From Proteromonas lacertae (Eukaryota): a stretch of DNA of 40,184 bases. Positions 36,001-40,184 of the stretch are shown in pieces (position 1 is the stretch's first letter; each line of letters begins with the position of its first letter). The position numbers and the translations under genes are program-made. The notes under the pieces are model-generated. The model did no database searches and was not told the origin of the DNA. It saw only the letters and a list, made by a program, of their open reading frames with translations. Location: NCBI GenBank assembly GCA_002245135.1, contig NGBS01000351.1, positions 1 to 40,184 of the forward strand, written 5' to 3'.

Positions 36001-37211
36001 TCTAAATCTTGTTTTGTATTATTCATAACCATTTGCTTAACTGATTCATAATCATATTGATTAATCAAAAATGATTGTAATTTTTCCATAATAGCATCTA
36101 CATTATATCTTTGTTGTTGTTGTTGTTGTTGTTGTATTGGTTGTGCTATTTCTATATTGTTATTGTTATTTTGGAATGTTGGCTGGGCTGCTGCCGCCAC
36201 GGCGGCAGCAGCACCTGCCATCATTCCGGCGTAACTTGCAGCATTTGAACTTTGATTATTATAACCTGCACCAGTTGCAGGTATTGAAGTTGTAACATTA
36301 GAACTGGGGGCAGTTGTAATACTATTAGTTGTATTATTAGAACTGGGGGCAGTTGCAACATTCGATGCTTGAATATTTGAAGTGGCCGGCGCACTCGTCG
36401 AATTTGTTGTTGAAGGAGTAGCACCAAATATACCTCTGAGCCAATTGTATATATTACTTAGTGATGTAGTAAAGAAACCCATTATACTATCTAACTTAGA
36501 ATGAATCCATTGTGACATATCCATTGGAGGAACTTGTTTCCAACGATTATATACCAAACTGACAAAATTAGGAGTTAACATTGACACAAAAGATACTGCA
36601 TTAACCCATGCTGGAGATAAACCAAATATCCATTGCATAACACCACTATATCCTATTCCTGCATTTACTAAATACTTTAATATTGCACCAGCAGTACTAT
36701 CAGGAAATAGTATATCAAACACTTGTGAAATAGAACCTAATGTCATAGTGCATAAGCAGAACTTCACACCAAATTTCAACCAATCGTATGTTGTATTACC
36801 TGAGAAATATTTATCAATTTTTGCAATTAATGACTCTTTTTCTCTTTCTTCCATTGTTGCTATCTTTCTCTGATATTCTTCATTCCTTGCTTTCACTATT
36901 TCATTTTCTTGTTGTAATTCATACTCGTGATCTTTTTGTGTTGTACCAGCATTATTATTCCATCTTGGATTGGATTGATATGAATTTACATTGTACTGTG
37001 ATCCCCATTGTTGTAATGGTTGTCCTTCAATTTGAGATAAAAATGGATTTTGCCATTGATATGTTAAATTATCTGGTCGAGCATAATAATCTGAGTATGG
37101 CTTGTTATACTTACCTATGTTCCTATAATATCGTCCAAACTGATCTGTGATGCCTGACATATATAATTTGTATTTCATCTCATCAGTCATGAAATTGGTT
37201 TTTTGTTGCAT
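33027..37211 (-). CDS. 1394-aa protein with C-terminal adenain-like (clan CE) cysteine protease; probable virion polyprotein
   Basis: LSNFDIE...FMGVF..DEL...IIINT...GHWVAL...YYDSFG...QNQ...NCGFFAINFL (His-Asp-Gln-Cys); upstream hydrophobic segments and GxG/GG-basic motifs. Confidence 0.85.
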   Translation of the reverse strand: MQQKTNFMTDEMKYKLYMSGITDQFGRYYRNIGKYNKPYSDYYARPDNLTYQWQNPFLSQIEGQPLQQWGSQYNVNSYQSNPRWNNNAGTTQKDHEYELQQENEIVKARNEEYQRKIATMEEREKESLIAKIDKYFSGNTTYDWLKFGVKFCLCTMTLGSISQVFDILFPDSTAGAILKYLVNAGIGYSGVMQWIFGLSPAWVNAVSFVSMLTPNFVSLVYNRWKQVPPMDMSQWIHSKLDSIMGFFTTSLSNIYNWLRGIFGATPSTTNSTSAPATSNIQASNVATAPSSNNTTNSITTAPSSNVTTSIPATGAGYNNQSSNAASYAGMMAGAAAAVAAAAQPTFQNNNNNIEIAQPIQQQQQQQQRYNVDAIMEKLQSFLINQYDYESVKQMVMNNTKQDLENVCKNVGLPLDIISKYSSYGGTIDQLVDYLHYFKYQCGRSVPEARSDVCNLINGMGSEYHLWPKVNYGLFGMSLDGYPKTGSGRRKHVHFKHKKHHRRNKLKLESIPRRHLLATKKLGGNSGIIPLRVGQSVGPNEHVIITNPRQQMYDAASAAYNGTSQLQPSQIPEYIQPYIPKETVGYDYNWNYDKLFSPGLNRQARKEVQYALTNNYASLLPNNYHINFYDMLDREHKTGHLRETFPLAELDTSNPRSYLLNWPEYVTEADVQAYDNGMNRVTDPLLQKFPKLQNYKSLQEIIEKNPQLAAYKNYRQDWLTSTWDKLTGNDKDAIEYYNKLLLQQEYLQNELVDGVSKINQYSDPYNFDPNRAEKVKEYIALNNQKAQRYMDDQETLERSKFYRWALDPKNQELVNSAIDIDKEPHTWINEDKYRELNEIASQNSRDFINFDYNREKLGHSLPQEWVNADNKQKYEIAIGLVKTACSSWAQFENSQFQKAIDSLRESDFMGFAGNLFLCVENVFRIFPQIYYTMKSYLVGGVTPQMFEVDHAMKYVRAIVMTCLAYWLWKKSKLPTSGFLYVMWYFIFDYYEIIRMLSGGRLPAITDLYYGNSEKVKSMLPEAIQKSWLPVDLLYNFGVSFMFNTHPYVRYLFQLVPFFYKFSNIGNIDAKNVGDTLKTAATVAAAANGGDATTAAAAVKGISELSKAMPSMAKTVVAADPTGILQTVAGIGTVFSALTACFGLLDAGGLLNWLKPTPYQHKNAIKMDNYVKRSQQTIPSSLTNFGRAVSNLDQAKQLSEAMSYFGIGNGNNKKVKKLISRRKVLYNSITSDALSNFDIELIVKNEFNNFHGKFMGVFYWDELVLPIPKKKNQWGIIINTLTTQASPDSIGHWVALVVDNIKKQFLYYDSFGEDPQHLEEFKINLKKLKKYHNEKYELKINGVQNQNSNTANCGFFAINFLKNILRDQCSFKKATDYNTIVGEAKIRLMKKQFGLI

Positions 37212-37249
37212 TTATATTTGGATTAACAGGCTTTGATAATTCCTCTATA

Positions 37250-38650
37250 TCATCCTCATCTCCTATAGTATCATAAAATTTATTGAAACTAGATTTAGGA
37301 TCATAGACATCTAATCCATATGTACCATTGCCTTTGTCAACAATGGCTGTTGGGTTAGCCCATATGACTGAGATCTAGTTTTATTTTTTGTTATCTTTCA
37401 CCTTGTTGTAGATGATCTTTTTCAATTTTCTCTTAAGTGCATTATGATACACAGAGGATTCTCAAATCAATTGCTTCTTCTTTTGGTGATGATTGTTGCT
37501 TATGCTTTCGTTTAACACCCATAAAATATATAAAACAATATAAAAAATAGAGAAACAATACAATTAGAAATATAGCCGTTATTGATATTATAGATGATAT
37601 TATTAATGAATACCCAGTTCATCAAAATTCTGTTTAACTGTCTATCAATTTTTTAACATTATCCTCATTCTCATCTTCTGGTTCCCACTCTTCTATAAAC
37701 TGTTTTAAATCTTCTTCATCTACTTCTTCATCACTTGCATTAGGAGTATAGAATTCATCATCATCATCTCTTCTTCTTTTGGTTTATTGAATTCATATCT
37801 TCATTTTCATCATCATCATCATCATATCTGTTTTTCCATTTGCAACCCATTCTTCATATTGTTTAATATTTTGAGCTTCTTCCCACAACTCTTTTATTTT
37901 AGTTTTCTGAGCTTCTGGTAAAGTCATATTCATCAAATATTTGGTCTATTTCTTTCTTTAGTAAAATTTTTAACATCGTCAATAGTAATTCATCATCATT
38001 TCATTATTTCATCACCTTTATCATCTTAACATCAGTAGACGGCTGTACTTTAATATCTGTTTCTGCCTTTAGGAGTAATCAATTTATTCAACTTCTACTA
38101 TTATATATAAATTAACATGAATTTTATACCATTTGTTGCATTGTGACACCTTGATATGGTTAATTGGATTACTCATATATTCACCATCTGCATCCTAGTC
38201 TTTGCACTTGCTTGAGCCATATCATTGTAATTAGGCCTATTCATATTCACATACATGTTAGGACCAAACAAATGCTGATCATCAATCTCTCTTAAACTAT
38301 TAGCAAGTGGTATAGCCATTGCATTACCTTCATGTAATGATGTGGATAACATAGAATCGATTGCATTCTGTCTCTCTAAAATTTTTGCTCATATTCAATT
38401 TACGAATATCACTTTCATTAGGAGGAGTGTCTTTAGAATTCAACTTAGTAATCTCATCTTTTATTTCATTTAAACGACTGTTTCTCATATCCATAATCTT
38501 TCGCATTCTCTCTATAAAAATTATTATATAAACTCTGATAATATTTGTCATGTCCTTTATATCCTTCACCTCTCCGTATCTTCTTTTTTTGCCTTTACCT
38601 CTCATCCGAGCAAACACAGCAAGTAGTATTTTCTTATTTAGTTTTTTCAT
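37250..38650 (-). pseudogene. degenerate element ORFs (basic N-terminus, acidic stretches)
   Basis: ORF 38330-38650 (RMRGKGKKRR) and coding-like sequence broken by stops and frameshifts downstream. Confidence 0.4.
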
Positions 38651-38729
38651 AATAACTTAATAGAAAATAAAAAAACAATTTAATTATAATAATAATGTGT
38701 AATATAAGTATTATTAATATTATTGAACA

Positions 38730-39330
38730 TAAACAGGCTCGATAGCTCGCCTTGTATTTCTCTACCTGAAATATCATTACCTAATGGTTTTTCTTCTTTC
38801 TGGTTCTGGTTCTTTTACTTTCTCTATTTCTCTTTCTTTGGATTTGAACTCTTTCTAATTTCTTCATATATTTACCTAATTGATCTCTAGTTTCTTTCAA
38901 AGCTATTTGTAATTCAGCTTTTGTCATACGACTAGGAGGAGGTAATGATGAGTCCCTATCCTTTTTACTATTTTTTCTACCACCACCACGTTTGACTTAG
39001 GCTCGTCTAAAGCAATTTGATTTTTGTTTCTTACTAGATCTTCTTTTGGATCTCTCATGTGATCTTGATCTTGATCTGGATTTATGGGAGTGTTTTTTAT
39101 CCTTTTTTTGAATTTTTATGAGATGATATCCATCATTCTGTAATATGTTGTATATATTTTGGAGAGAATTGTGATAGTAATTCATTGATCATAGCATCAC
39201 TTGGTTCAGCTTCTGTGATTTTAGGTTTGGACATCTTGGAATCATTTTCATTTATTGACTCTACTTCACTATCAGACTCATCAGTAGAACTATCATCACT
39301 CACATATTCAGTTGATTCAGTATCACTCAT
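38730..39330 (-). pseudogene. frameshifted acidic plus Arg/Ser-rich protein (DNA-binding/core-like)
   Basis: MSDTESTEYVSDDSS... ORF overlaps KKHSHKSRSRSRSHERSKRR ORF; continues to PPSRMTKAELQIAL. Confidence 0.45.
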
Positions 39331-39417
39331 TTTTTATTTCTATGTTATGAAAAATAAATTAACAAAAAACAATGAAAATAATAATATAAGTATTATTAGC
39401 ATTATTAAAAGTCAAGC

Positions 39418-39711
39418 TTACATTCGAGCCACCTTTGATTTTAAATATGCATTCAATAATGCTTGTTGATTACTCCCACCTCCATTGAATGGTAATCTAC
39501 CTCTTCCTGACCTACGTCTTCTACGACCAAATCCCATTGTTGATAATCCATCTGCGATATCATTCTTTCCAAATTCCCTAGCTATTTTGGATGCTATTTT
39601 ATGATCCTTTGCCCAATTAAATGCTTTGGAACCCCAATTTTTTTAACTTACCCCAAAAGAACCACCCCTTCTTCCATAAACGCATCTACGTCTTCTACCA
39701 CCTTTTGGCAT
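39418..39711 (-). pseudogene. small adenovirus pVI/pVII-like core protein (~97 aa; one apparent stop from compensating homopolymer indels)
   Basis: MPKGGRRRR...RRGGSF[WGKL]KNWGSKAFNWAKDHKIASKIA...MGFGRRRRRSGRG...; not in the ORF track. Confidence 0.6.
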
Positions 39712-39770
39712 TATGTTATTTCGAATGAAAATAAAGAAATACGATTAAAATAGAAAAAAATAAAATTAGA

Positions 39771-40184
39771 CTAGAAAACTCTAATCTTATTGTCAATATA
39801 TCGATTATCGAGACTATTACTACTTTTACGTCTTTTACCAGAACCAGTCTTTTTCTTTGCTAACAAAAATTTCGGTATAGTACTTGGACCACCTTTTGTC
39901 CAATTCTTTCTTGACCAAAATGCAAATGGATTAGCCATTCCACCATTTTTAAATAGGGCATACTGCCTGGACCACACTAATTACATTTTTTACTTCCTTT
40001 GGTATCTTTGCAATTCTTAACTTTATTCCAAAAAGAACCAGCACCACTTATACCACCATCATAATTCCATTCTGCTTGTCCACCTCTCTTTCTACGTTTT
40101 CTACCATATCCTACATTGGATACAACATTACCTAAGGCTGACCTACACCTGGGATTAAACTAGCTGCTGTTGATAAAATTTTTG
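39771..40184 (-). pseudogene. 3' end of a frameshifted structural gene with GG/basic and amphipathic motifs
   Basis: Pieces read KILSTAASLIPGVG, ALGNVVSNVGYGRKRRKRGG, GAGSFWNKV and KTGSGKRRKS. Confidence 0.5.

Larger units (their letters stand above)
27400..40184. mobile_element. endogenous Polinton/Maverick- or MELD-virus-like element (partial; continues beyond window; left boundary uncertain)
   Basis: Co-occurrence of a Polinton-type rve integrase, an adenain-like protease and Arg-rich GG-containing core-like ORFs. No pPolB, packaging ATPase or full capsid gene seen in the window. Confidence 0.8.

Overview
Very AT-rich eukaryotic (protist-like) genomic DNA with tiny 27-40 nt GT-AG introns. 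Left part (1-17.3 kb): degenerate gene fragments (methyltransferase, GT-A glycosyltransferase, Hydin-like, NEK kinase) and nested DNA transposons. A CACTA/EnSpm-like transposase gene is split by two fold-back MITEs (TGT...ACA ends, 5-bp TSDs), and one MITE carries an apparently intact Mutator (MULE) element with ~600-bp TIRs, a 9-bp TSD and a transposase fused to a SWIM finger and Ulp1-like protease. Middle (18.7-23.1 kb): intact-looking host genes, namely an LRRC40-like LRR gene head-to-head with a presequence-bearing aspartate ammonia-lyase, and a small spliced ORF; MCM5 and CaMKK-like relics follow. Right part (~27.4 kb to the end): an endogenous Polinton/Maverick- or MELD-virus-like element with an rve integrase split by a Tc1 (DD34E) insertion, a 1394-aa protein ending in an adenain-like protease, and small Gly-Gly/Arg-rich pVI/pVII-like ORFs. 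Directly after the integrase are two tandem GC-stemmed, oligo-T-terminated hairpin units, one with a perfect Pol III B-box. They resemble adenoviral VA RNAs in architecture and are the most striking unexplained feature. All family assignments come from motif recognition by eye; no searches were run.
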